Assembly (NCBI GenBank): GCA_050084515.1
Contig: CM114271.1
Span: forward strand, 38,006,001-38,070,000
Origin: Blasia pusilla
Lineage: Eukaryota
Direction of reading: 5' to 3'
Length of the DNA stretch: 64,000 bases
The notes below the pieces were generated by a model. That model was not told the origin of the DNA and did not search any database. It saw nothing but the letters and a program-made list of their open reading frames with translations. The translations under genes and the position numbers were made by a program. Numbering within the stretch: position 1 is the first letter of the stretch; every line of letters starts with the position of its first letter. This document shows, piece by piece, positions 13,396 to 25,289 of this stretch.

Positions 13396-13536
13396 TATAT
13401 ATATATATATATATATGTCCCAAACTAGTGGACAAAAACGGACAAAATTTTGAGAGAAGGTTTTAGGGGGAGGAATGTTTTTGGAATTTGTGTTGAAGCA
13501 TGATTAATTTCATGCACGGCACAGGATGTACGCTAG
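13396..13536 (+). mobile_element. (TA)n microsatellite followed by a possible mini-Helitron 3' end
   Basis: (TA)10 at 13396-13416. A degenerate hairpin catgcacggcacagg is followed by CTAG|T at 13533-13537. Confidence 0.3.
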
Positions 13537-14783
13537 TGAAGTGAATTAGGAGTTTCTAATGAAGCAAAGCTAAGGTAGAAATGACAATCAAGGATTAGGA
13601 AAGCTCTTGTAGTTGCTCAATCATAAAATCCAAACATATGAAGGTTTTGTAAAAAGGGTTTCATAGTATTTTAAAATATGTTTTCAAGAAGAGAAGGTAA
13701 TGTAGATAGGGAATAAATTTTCAATAGGGGGAGAGGATCCGGAGGTGAGATAGGGGATTAGGATAAGTGTAAGAAGAGGAAAGGAGAGACTTTCTTCAAA
13801 TACTTTAAAAAAGAAATCTCTCTTTTCCTCTAGAAAGTGAAAGGATAGACTCTTTCTATGCCTCTCTAAAGGGACTAACACTAAAGGAAGGGAGAATATT
13901 TATCATTACCCTTTCCATTTTATATCCTTGGGGGAAGGGGGATAGACAAGAAACGAGGGGAGAAAGGGTTGATAGGAGATTAAGGACATAAAGAGGATAG
14001 ACATGCATCCACTCCATTCTTTCAAAGAGTAAAAGTATGGAGGGTGTAGAGAATAAGAATGTGATGGATGGGACATGGAAATGAATTAGAAGCTTATGGA
14101 GGGCCTCCATTATGTGAAGAGGGGGAAGACAAATCCTATACAAGATAGGGAGTTAGATGCGATCCTTCCTCTCACAAGGGATGAAAATGGATAGGCCTAT
14201 CTAAAGAGTTATAGAGGTTCCCCTTTGTTGAACTAATTATTTAAAAAAACATGTAGTTCCAGAATAATCACAATAGAACTTTCTCATGTAGACTATCCAT
14301 TTTAGAAATTTAGACAACCACACAAAAGTAGTAAAAAAATTGGTAGGGGTATATTTTAAGCCTTTAGGGTATCCAAATATTTGCTCATGGGGCACATGGT
14401 TGCTTGTTGAGACCAGGAGCAAAAATAATGCAAACTATTATGAAGGAAATCCTTTATTAACCCTAGTAAGTAATAACGTTGCCATCATTAGCTCACGAGC
14501 CCCATCAAAAATTTCTTGGTTTCAAACTATATGAAGTCACTTTCAAGTCTGTATTTGCACATATTCCAATTGAGAAGGGGGTTTACTCATGGATGGATGC
14601 TTGATCCTCATTTTGGCATTTTTTATCATACCACTTACTTTGATTTTAACAATGCGGTTCCCTCTAAGCCTCCCCCAACCATCTATGGTCTGTTCGACTC
14701 AAAATGTGTGTTGTCAAAGGCTAGATTCAAAAGTCAAAGTCAAAGGCTAGACTCAAAATTCTCTTATTCAATATTTTCATCTC

Positions 14784-14998
14784 TGTCGTGCGCATACATA
14801 TCGCTACACAACATACATCGCTCGTCACATCTACACCACACAACACCGATCTTCCCCACACACGGGTCGATCCACACATGTACAAAAATCAACTCATACA
14901 TATATATGGAGATCACACAACTCTGGGGAAGATCGGTGTTGTGTGGTGTAGATGTGACGAGCGATGTATGTTGTGTAGCGATATATATGCGCACGACA
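14784..14998. repeat. 215-bp foldback with 75-bp inverted arms related to the Gypsy-PHD terminus
   Basis: Arms 14784-14858 and 14924-14998 match at 74/75 nt, with ends TGTCGTGCGCAT...ATGCGCACGACA. The outer ~45 nt match 58381-58424. No TSD. Confidence 0.9.
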
Positions 14999-16590
14999 TT
15001 GAAGACTTCTCATTTATGCTTCATAGTGGAGATCCACACTATTCAAGAGAAATCATCCACAAAAGTAATAGAATATAATGCTTCGGCCTTTGAAGGTTCT
15101 TGAGCAAGATTTGAACGTATGTAGTCAAGAACCCTTTGTTACAATGAATAGCAGTCTTGAAACAAACTTGGCATTGCTTACCAAAAATGCAATATTCACA
15201 CAAATAAAGCTTACATGACTTGATACCTTTGAATAGTTTTCATTTATTAAGTTCCATAAGTACGTCCTCTCTCACTCATGTGACCAAGCTGCTCATGCCA
15301 TAAGCTTGTTGTATCAAGTGTAGCTCCACCTTGAGTTGATGCCACAGGTACTCCACCTAAAACGGTCTCTCCAACTAATTTTCATAAAATTTTCCATACT
15401 TCTTGCTTTTCATTGCAATGAGAGCACCCTTGGAAACATTAAGTACTTTGTTTTCTACAACCCACTTCCAACCATTTGTGTCTAGGGCACTCAAGGAAAT
15501 CATATTTTTACGTAAATCAAGAACATGACGCACATTGGTCAAGGTCCTAAAAATCCCATCAAACATCTTGTTGTGGATTGTTCCAAAACCAACTAATTTA
15601 CAAGGCATGTCATTTCCCATCAAAAAGGTTCCACCATTGAATGAGTTATAACTATGAAACCACTCCTTATATGGACACATATGATTCAAGCAGCTTGAAT
15701 CAAAAATCCAAGTATCTTTGAATGAATCATTCTTACTTGTTACTAACAAAAATTTCTCCATATCTCCATCTGAATTAGCTACCATACTTGGTTGATTCGA
15801 TGTTTGAACTTTTCTCTTGCCACCTTCTTCTTTTTGATTTCTGCCTTCTCTCTTGAGATGTCCCAACTTTCCGCACAAAAAACACTTGACTTTAGCTTTA
15901 CTACAACCAAATCTGGATTTAAACCTTGATCTACCTCTACAGTACTTCCTATCAATACGTCTATCCGTCACAAAAAGTGTATCATAAAGTCTCTCATCAC
16001 AAATTGCTTGTCTCTTCCCCATTTTATTTGACAAGGGATAGTGTGGAAATGACTTCTTCAAGCTCTATGGTATCTTTTCCATACAACAAATTTGTCACAA
16101 GATGCTCAAAGGATGATGGTAACGAGCTGAGTAAGATTAGCGCTTTATCTTCATCCTCCAATTCAACATCTATGCTTGATAGTTCACGAAGAATCTTGTT
16201 GAAAGTATTGAGAGGATATATGATACTTGTACCTTCCTTCATAGTAAGAGTAAAAAGCTGCTATTTCAAATAAAATCAAATTTTCAATGACCTGGTGATA
16301 TAAAAACTCTCAAGCTTAGACCAAAGCTTTAGTGCCAACGGCTCATTCATAATGTTGTAGAGCACATCATTAGCAAGACCTAATCTGATAGTACTTGCTG
16401 CTCTCATACTTATCCTTTCCCATTCATCATCGGTCGTATCCTGAAGTTGCCTACCCCAAGATTTATGTAATCCTTGTTGCACAAGAGGATCTTTCACTTT
16501 GAGTTAACATGACCCAAAATGCATCTTCCTATCAAACTACTCCACTTCAAATTTTGCGTTCGAGATTTTCAAAGACTTCTTCTTCATCTA
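14999..16590 (-). mobile_element. Ty1/Copia (Tnt1-like) gag-protease-integrase remnant
   Basis: KFEVE..VKDPLVQQGLHK, RAASTIRLGLANDVL, DEDKALILLSSLPSSFEHLV, CFLCGKLGHLKR knuckle, WIFDSSCLNHMC protease, and FVDDFSR..MKHK*EVF integrase. Many stops. Confidence 0.9.
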
Positions 16591-16605
16591 GGCATTCTTT
16601 TTGCT

Positions 16606-16617
16606 GCACTGATACCA
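16606..16617 (-). promoter_or_regulatory. PBS (tRNA-iMet type) of the Copia element
   Basis: TGGTATCAGTGC lies 2 nt after ...AACA, just upstream of gag. Confidence 0.75.
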
Positions 16618-16619
16618 AT

Positions 16620-17138
16620 TGTTCTGTTATGAATGGATCTACCAATTGTTATGTAATAAATGGATCTAGAAGCTAGCTTTTAGAAGAGATAACCACAAAG
16701 TCATATCATGTGCAAACAAGTAATGCGGTTCACTCCACCTAGAGCTACATCCACAATAGAAATAGTTTGAGATTTTACTAACTTCACAATAGATAAAATA
16801 ATAGTAATTCTCACTCCCTCTCCCATGACTACTCTTCACCAAGCAAGGTGCATGTATGGTTACGCTCCTCTTTGTCTCTCAACAAAATACATACAATCAA
16901 CAAGCATCTATGAAATCTCCTCAAGAAATCTGCTCCTTCTAGAGAGACTCTCTCCAATATCATGTATGATCGAGAGAGCCTACTTACCCTTACCGGAACA
17001 TGCTCCTTTTATACTTCTAGAGATATGTTTTTGAGTCACTCCTCTATCTAGTTGATTCAATCAGTCATCCATTCGTAAATCTCGATAAGATAAGCTACAA
17101 GACATTCTTTCTTCAATAGTTTTATACCATGCCCAACA
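16620..17138 (-). mobile_element. Copia 5' LTR, outer end approximate
   Basis: TGTT...AACA ends, a minus-strand TATAAAA near 17007-17013, and the adjacent PBS. Confidence 0.55.
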
Positions 17139-18501
17139 TGGCTTCTTTAGTGGGATCATGTGATGAGAAAGGCCACTAGGCTTTTGCTAGTGTTAATGTT
17201 TGGGGGGAGATGTAAATGAGGTTGTTTCTAGTATTTTTGAAATTTTAATCTATTTTAGGGGTTTCTCTCACTCACCCAATGATTCTCCCTTTTCTTTATT
17301 TCTCCCTTTATGTTTGTCAAGGGTTCCCATCTTTATTCACGAAGCAAAAGCCACGAGACCTTTCATGCACTTCCTCACAAAAGCACGAAACATTGCTATT
17401 TCATGATATCCGACTTTAATGCCAGTTGGTTCTGAATCCGAGTCCATGGAAGCTAATCTTGGGTCTTCGACTCGTACGACCCACTGTTAGCCACATGAGT
17501 TGATTACCGGGCTTCTCGGCATAACGTAGGCCATGATCAAAATTGCTTAATGATCACCACAGGAACCCCCACCACGACTGACTCTGATGGCGACTAAACT
17601 GAAGTGGAGAGTACTGTTGCCCTATAGCAACCGATTCTCCACCCCAAGAATCGGCCAAAGGATATAAGCGGGGGATGTGAATTCATCCGAAGGCAGATGC
17701 ATCCGCCGCATCGGCAAGACGGGAGTGTACAGGAAATTTTTTTTGATGAGTAGATCGACTCTTTTCAATGCTTGCTAGAGTATGCACCGACCGGTATGTG
17801 TTCGAACGATCATGAAAAGAGTACAGATCCTGTGGAAACTGTCCTCCGCCTGAACTAGATTTTCGTCCCCGCCCTAAACTCGTTGTCTGGATCTCTGAGC
17901 TTTACAACAGGAGTTGGCAGTAGGTGAAATAGCAGCGATTAGATTAGATTAGGTCGTGAGCTTCGAGGGATCTCTCTTAAACCCAACTTCGTCTTTAGTC
18001 GCAACTCTGAATTTAGATGCTAATTAAAACCTCGAAATCAGATATTACCTGTGGATGTGCTGTTCGAAGCAGGTTTACATCGACAATTCTGGTGCTGAGG
18101 ATCGGATACGTAGATCTATCTGGTGACAGGACGTACTGGGCTCATCTACCCTGGGGGCAGCAGGAAGAATCAAGGGCATGACGATTGTCCAGTAGCTCTG
18201 TACACGATCGATGAGTGATCAGCTCGAGTAGCAATCGGGGAGGTACATCGCCACACACTAGTTTTGTAGGCAGTCGTGATGGAGCGCTTCGGTGGTTGAC
18301 TCATTTTATGGGGACGGAGCAGTCATGGTCGAGTCCCACCACCGTGTGCTAACCAAGTCGAGATTTTCGGAGCAGAAGGTGAAATCAGAGGTTGAAGGGC
18401 AGTTTCTTAGTTCCATCGACAAAGATACGACTCGTGAATTGTCCCATCCTCAATCTTTAATTTTTCCGCACAACTTCAGAAATATTGTAAAGCAGACCGG
18501 G

Positions 18502-20037
18502 ATGAGGGCTATTTGGAACAATCGGCAGTTGCGAAGCCTCGTGCTGGTGATCCTCGCATCCATACTGGAGAAGGCAGATATGGCAGCTGTGCCTGCTGTG
18601 TACAGAGAAATTGGCCTGGCATTACACGCATCCCCATCAAAATTGGGCAGTTTCTCTTTGCTGAAGTCGCTTGCACAGGCGCTCTGCTCCCCTTTTGCTG
18701 GATACCTGGCCAAGCGCTACAAGCGTACCCGAGTTATCGCCGGTGGGGCATTTGTGTCCACCATAGCTACATTTTGTGTGGGAATGTCCAACACGTTTGC
18801 TCAAATTGCGCTCTCCATGGCAGTAAGCGCCGTAGGGATTGCTGTGACATGGCCTGCAATCCAGTCGCTCATAGCTGATGCAACTGATGATAGCAATCGA
18901 GGCATGACTTTCGGATGGCTACAGCTGACAGCCCATGCCGGATCGTTCTTCGGGTGCTTCGTGGCGGTTCTGCTGGCCGGCACCTCCGTGATGGGAATCG
19001 AGGGGTGGAGAGTGTCATTCATCATCCTGTCAATTCTCAGCTTGCTCATTACCTGTTCACTATATTTCTTCGCAGATGATCCTGTTCCCCATGGTAACGT
19101 ACACACGTCGTTTGACCCGAGGGAAACGAAGAGATGTTACAAGGAAGATTTGAGGGAGCAGTTTCAAGATGCTAAGAGAGTGCTGAATGTCAGGACTTTC
19201 CAGATCATCGTTGCAGAGGCGGTGGTGGGAGCATTCGCATGGTCTACATTCTCCTTCACACCCATGTGGTTGGAGCTGATCGGATTCTCCCATGCGAAAA
19301 CAGCCACAATCATTGCTTTCTTCATAGTAGCGGGATCCCTGGGAGGCCTATTTGGAGGTTGGATGGGTGACAAAATGGCTGGTTGGCTTCCTGACTCTGG
19401 CAGGACGATCATCGCTCAAATGTCCACAGGTATTGCTGTTCCGTCCACCGCCGTCTTGCTCCTTCTGCTGCCCAATGATTCTTCCTATGGTCTGCTCCAT
19501 GGATCAGTCTTCTTCGTCACCGGGTTCTTCATCTCTTGGAATGTACCTTCGACTAACGCTCCGCTAATGGCGGAGGTTGTTCCCCAGCAATCCCGGACCA
19601 ATGTCTATGCCCTAGAGCGAACCTTTGCGAGTGTTATGGCTGCATTCGGTCCACCTGTTGTTGGCATTCTTTCTGAGCGTGTCTTTGGTTTCGTTCCCGT
19701 TCCCAAAGGATCCAGCCTCAAATTGAGCAAAGCAATTGATAGTCAAAATGCTTCGGCCTTGGCTAAAGCAATGTACACCTCTATGGGAGTTCCTTTCTTC
19801 ATCTGCTGCATCATATACGGTCTGCTGTACCGGTCATATCCCATGGATCGCGACCATGTCCGTGAGGAGGCTTACGTCGCAGAACTGCAGATGCAGTCGG
19901 GTGGAGATCTCGAGAAGAATCACGCTATCATTCGGGAAGACGATGAACTCGAGATGCGGAGCCATGATTCCGAGTGTGAACAGGATGAAACTGAGACGAT
20001 GCTTCCCAAAAAGCTCGGTGCAGAAACTCGTGAGTGA
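18502..20037 (+). CDS. Major facilitator superfamily transporter, UNE2/Spinster-like (511 aa from ATG 18502; alternative ATG at 18325)
   Basis: Uninterrupted ORF with about 12 hydrophobic segments and motifs AVYREIGLALHASPSKLG, PAIQSLIADATDDSNRGMTFGWL and AEVVPQQSRTNVYALE. A probable 5'UTR intron GT(18379)..AG(18479) favours ATG 18502. Confidence 0.9.
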   Translation: MRAIWNNRQLRSLVLVILASILEKADMAAVPAVYREIGLALHASPSKLGSFSLLKSLAQALCSPFAGYLAKRYKRTRVIAGGAFVSTIATFCVGMSNTFAQIALSMAVSAVGIAVTWPAIQSLIADATDDSNRGMTFGWLQLTAHAGSFFGCFVAVLLAGTSVMGIEGWRVSFIILSILSLLITCSLYFFADDPVPHGNVHTSFDPRETKRCYKEDLREQFQDAKRVLNVRTFQIIVAEAVVGAFAWSTFSFTPMWLELIGFSHAKTATIIAFFIVAGSLGGLFGGWMGDKMAGWLPDSGRTIIAQMSTGIAVPSTAVLLLLLPNDSSYGLLHGSVFFVTGFFISWNVPSTNAPLMAEVVPQQSRTNVYALERTFASVMAAFGPPVVGILSERVFGFVPVPKGSSLKLSKAIDSQNASALAKAMYTSMGVPFFICCIIYGLLYRSYPMDRDHVREEAYVAELQMQSGGDLEKNHAIIREDDELEMRSHDSECEQDETETMLPKKLGAETRE

Positions 20038-20886
20038 GGTGGTGATCCGGAATCGTTGAGTTCAATTTGCCCAAGAGCAGAAATTGTCCTCACCTCGAGG
20101 CCCAGATCTCATTCACCTCCTGGCCTCATCAGCATTCGCAGACTTCCATTGCTACCATTTCTTGTTCTCGAGCATTCAAAAGTGGAAGGCATATGAGCTC
20201 CTTCGCTCTGAAACTATGACACTACCTGGATGGAGAGCCTTCCTATGGAAATCCCAAGGTTCAGGAATTCTCACAAGAGACTACTTGGCAAGGCACGAGT
20301 TTTCAACGCTGCCCACTGACGCCTTGGAAGAGCTTCGGACATTTGACCTTGGTAAATCGGTTGATATACAGGCAATTTCCAGTCAGTTGGGCGTAGGTCT
20401 GTGGGCTCATGGTTTAAAAGTTCCTAGTGTCAGCTGTGCTAGCCATGGCTTTTAGCTAGACTTAATGTGCACGGTACACACTAGATGCATCATTGGCTTC
20501 AAGGATCTGTCCGCACACTAGCGGATCTGCACACCGGTCCCAAATGTATTTGTAATCTAATCTGAAGGTGATATCAGCCATATTTTGGGTGGTAGCAGTG
20601 ATCTTTTCCTGGAATAATTTACTAAATCTTGCGGGAAACATGTATTTGAATCTCTAGCTCATGCCTATGATATTTTTCTCGCACATACATGCTCCTCCCA
20701 AATTGAAAGTCTCTTAGCAGTCCATATACCGATGTAACCTAAATCAAGCAAAATCGAAACAATGGACTTTTTTTAGGCCTCTAGTTTTACCGATCGTTCT
20801 GCTGTGCTCTCTTGGACCTGTATTTCCTCTTAGAACTCATTGGATGATTCGTTTCTCATGCACCATCGAACGGGGATGTCGTGCCA

Positions 20887-21201
20887 CTTTCTCCATCCGG
20901 ACTAGTTCATCCACACTCAGAGGCTGTCAATGTTCGACATCTACGGGCCAAAAGAATGAACCGGCACGGTTTTATCGCCGGCAGGCGAGAGTTCACAATT
21001 AAGTAGAACTAGCAAGAATACCCATGAGATGTGACGGGTAAAAATGCTGCGCTACTTTCTGCATCCGGACTCATTCATCGCATTCAGGGACTGTCAAAGT
21101 TCGATATCTGCGGTCCACAAGAACCGGCACTTTCTTCAAAGCCGGCAGGCAAAATTTCAGAATTTAGATTAGCTAGAACTAGTAGGAATGCCCGTGGGTT
21201 G
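20887..21201. repeat. Diverged ~165-bp tandem duplication
   Basis: actttct.catccggact...gaaccggcac...gccggcaggc...tagaactag appears at about 20887 and again at about 21054. Confidence 0.7.
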
Positions 21202-22626
21202 CACATGCCCGGCCCACGTAAATTACTCCGCACTTGGCGTTCCGATCGTTCATCGTCCATCTTCCTACTCCTCTGAAAGTACTCCGGGGTTATAACTTCA
21301 AATCCCTTTTTTCGAATTGGGATGAGAAGGAAAGACTCCCAGATCATCTGATTCATACTTTACAGTTCTAGAAGTAAGCACGGGAAAATACATGTTCGAG
21401 CAAGAAAGCAACTTCAGATGCAATTTGGTGGGGCAACTTGCACCTCGACAACGAATGCGAAAAGCGATTCTATAAACGAAACTGAAGTTTCTGGCTTAGC
21501 GCCTCGGGTTTTCATATTCGTTGTTAAATCAGGAGAAAAGGGATTCGAATAAACCCTAACAGGTGCCGGCGATTGGCTCTGGATCTTCAGCTAACATACT
21601 GGTCCTCCCTTGATTGCAGCTAAGTTTGTGTTCCGGTGAAACTTGTAAGTAGAAAAACTAATGATGAACGTAATAAGATCATAGATAACATGTGCAATGA
21701 GCATTTAGATAAAGGGACAAGATGGGCATCTGATTGGAGTGAATGTAAGGAAAATTCAAGGTATATTGATTTAATGCAGATACTTTGAAATAAGTGAAAC
21801 ATGGTATGAGTGAAGCGATCATGCAAGAATCACACAATGGAGCGTGAAAAGTTATGCTCATATGGTTTTGCCTAATCTATAATACCAGCGTGCAACTCTA
21901 ACTTTGGATTACTATACACTACGAAAGTAGTTTCCTTAACTAAAGCTTTGAGGTATGATGTAAAATTGGTTAAATTGAATTGTGGAAAGCCTATACTAAG
22001 CCTATATAAGCTAGCTAAGTGAATGGAAACGTCGAATATATTCAATCGCTGGCATCGACTTGAATAAGGAATGGAAGAAATTGGGATGTTAGTACGTCAC
22101 CATGGTAAGATCAATGCTCAATTGTAAATGTATTGTATCAGTAGTGAAGAATAAGCATGTATCTTAATATAACCTCTAAGCGTATCTCCTCTTGCCTAGG
22201 GAACTTGCAAACACATTTGGCTAAAATCTAACAACAAGAACAAAAATCACTTCAAAGTCAAAGTCTAGTAGGATTGGTACAATATGGGGTTCATCCGAGG
22301 AAGACGTGTGGAACTTTGGGAGCTGTGGACAAGATTCATCTTTGAGGCTTTAGTAGATGTGAGGTCTATGATTATGTGGAGTGGAAGGTGGAACTCATGA
22401 GAAGAGTGACGAATTATAATCCTAAGAGGCTATCAAGGACCAGCCTCCGCTAGAGGCTATGCCGAAAAGTTTGTTCCCTCAGGTATGAGTGAGGGTTTTC
22501 TATTTGAAGTCAACTTGCTTGTAGCGAAGGGCCTCCTTCTATCTACTTGACAAAAATAACAAGGAGTTATGAATCTAAATGTTCACTATGAGTAAACAAC
22601 ATACCACATCCATTGTGTCATGCATC

Positions 22627-23452
22627 CCAGAGAAGGGTATTCGGGTGTTGGATCTCTTTGGAGGGATTAGACTGGGTTAGCTGCTCTTTTGCAGGCAAGA
22701 GTACGCGTGCAGTGGTACCTGTATGTGGAGATTGATGATGTTGCGAGGCGCGCTTCACTTCACCATGTGGCGCAGTTATACCTCCATTTTACGGATTTGT
22801 TGTCTGCTTCCGCTGTCCAGGGATATTACTTTACCGAGGGATATTTCATTGTTGGGGGCGCAAGACTTGGAGCAGGTAGGGGCCATAAATTTGGTCATTT
22901 ATGGTTGGCCGTGTCAAGGCCAGTCGGGTGCTGGACGGGGTAGTGGATTAGGTGACTGGCAGTCCAGGTTGTTTTGGGAGATGATGCGGATCTTGATTTA
23001 CAAAGAGAGAATCCTATTGACTGTGGTCAATAGGAGTGGCATGCCACGGGCAACCTTTCCCACATTTGTGAGTTTTCCGGCTTCCTATGCATTCAAGGAG
23101 GCCGGACGTGGCTTGGTTTGGGATGACCAGGTACAGAGGTTGGTGGAGCCTAACGCCGATGAGCGAGAGCAAGCGATGGGATTCCCCATAGGAGTGACGA
23201 CAGTACCTTCACTATCAGAGGCATCACGATATCATATCTGGGGTCAGGCGATAGATCCGAACTGCTTGACATGGATTTTGAGCTTCAGAGTATTTGAGTA
23301 GCGTCGTTTGCGGATGCGACAGATCACAACTACTGCGTCGGTGAGCCCCATGCCTACCAACACGGTTGAGGCAGTGGCTGGGGCTGAGACCTGAGGAGAT
23401 TGACATACCATGGATGATTGGAAGAGACACCCTTGGACTTCTTGGGATGTTT
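22627..23452 (+). pseudogene. Degenerate C5 cytosine DNA methyltransferase domain, probably TE-borne
   Basis: Motif I IRVLDLFGGI/TGL, motif II YVEID, motif IV GWPCQG, motif IX EREQAMGFP and motif X GQAID. Two frameshifts (~22670, ~22825). The ENV/RxR segment is missing (deletion near 23000). Stop at 23299. No introns seen. Confidence 0.8.
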
Positions 23453-24007
23453 TGCAGATACGCTAGTGTGAGAAAACTGAAAGTGATGAAATCACTCAAA
23501 TCTTTACAAAAGCTTAGAGATACAAAGTGTCCTAGTCCGTCCATGCGCTCATAGAAGAGCTTTGATGGGACCTAAACATGGAGATAACTTGACATACGAG
23601 AATGCGCTACCACTCCGAATCCCGACTATTTCATTACTCGAGATACTAGGGTTTTTTTATCTTTTTTTCTTTGTTTCTACTAAAACCACCTACGTCATAT
23701 TACTATGACTCCTTCGACGTCTAAGTCGGAACCATCAATCTAGGCTTCTCCTCATACAAGGGGGCCGATCAGATTAATGGTGCTTAGAGAAGTGGATGTT
23801 GAGAATCCAACAGCCAAGAGATGATAGCCACAACATCAAGTGTAGTTCCGGGTACTGCACATGGAGATCAAATTTTGCAGTGGCTGCAGGAGAGCGATCG
23901 AGTTCTATTGTCCGAGATGGGGTTGCACCATAGCAACCACCTACACCCGCGTCGGAGAGTCCTACTGTAGTCACGATGGAGACTTGGGAGCCAGACATAG
24001 GCCCTAA

Positions 24008-24660
24008 CACTAGAAGAAATCCCCGGTTTTATGACTAGGTTATATGACTCATATGAGTCATACCTTACATATCACGACTAACAATGACTGACGACTACTT
24101 TAGACACAAAAGCCAAGTCATATTTGTTTGGCGACTAGGCTAACTAGGATGGTCATCTTAGATGGAGGTTGGTATATGACTCGAGGGTGTAGTCATGAGG
24201 TCATGACTGACATGTCACTCAGATGACATGGAACAATAACACATCATCAGTGACATGGACTATTTAGTGTGATGTGTCACTGATGACATGGACTATTGCT
24301 GTGTCATGTCATTGATAATGTGGACTTGAGTACGATTCATCTAGTCATATGTGTATATTTTTCCAGTTACCACCAACGACTCCTTTAGTCATGGTTGGTG
24401 TGCGAAAGTTCAGAATATCCTATCAAAATGCACCAAGTGTACTCCATTTAATTATAGTTGGAAACTTATGTAGTCATTTTATTTTATTGAAATGTTGGTA
24501 TGGACTCATGTATTATGACTAGAAGAGTAGACTTACATGACTACTATAAAAGCGGACATAACTGGTTTAGTCATGAAGATATGACTGTGAGTAGCGAAAA
24601 TTATGTAGTCATTGAACATAACTGCATGAGTCATACAATAATGACTAGAGAGAACTTGAA
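24008..24660 (-). mobile_element. CACTA terminal inverted repeat and subterminal repeats (3' end of a minus-strand element)
   Basis: CACTAGAAGAAAT at 24008, followed by dense ATGACT/AGTCAT motifs in both orientations. The partner TIR was not found. Confidence 0.75.
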
Positions 24661-25289
24661 GCTTACTACTTCAGTTTTTGAACCGTATTGTGCTAGTTAC
24701 ATTGATATAACTAGTGGGAATATAAACTTTGGATATTTTGGAATGTTTATTATGCCTTTTGAACGGCACAAGAATTAATGGATCTGAATTATTGAAATCC
24801 TCTTTTCCATTTATATGGTGAACACTTAAGCGTTCACCTTAGCACATAGTAGAATTTTGAAAAAAACGCACATAACTAAAACAACATCATATATCCAGAG
24901 ACATGTCAACTCAACTATATGGAAGTAGCACATGAGCACTATGTTGTTACATTGAGTAGTGCCATCTTGATGTAATCAAGAAACTACGTGAATTTTCTCT
25001 GAGTTTAGAAAGAGATGTAATAAGAATGTCTTGCTACAAATGAAACATACACAAGCAATTAACCAAGCAAATAATGAAAACATACCCTTGAAAATAGATT
25101 TTGAGGGATGGAATGTCACTAAAGAGTAGCTTCTATACACCAAATTACAAAATTAATCACTATTACCATGGGGTTATAATCCAAATAGATAAAAAAATGA
25201 AGATCAAATATAATAGGGTTTATGATCTCATCTTGAAAGAGCAAGATAGATCATGTCATCCATGAAAATAAAGTTAGTGCACCTTAGAT

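Noticed and set aside
18292-18501. GTG start and 70-aa N-terminal extension of the MFS ORF
   Set aside because: A GTG start is unlikely in a plant nuclear gene. The segment contains a plausible intron, and family similarity begins near ATG 18502.
22627-23301. Bacterial restriction-modification MTase or contamination
   Set aside because: No operon or nuclease is present. The domain is embedded among plant TEs and decays in the same way.
24500-24778. 92-aa ORF MDSCIMTRR...
   Set aside because: It is a translation of the CACTA subterminal ATGACT repeats.
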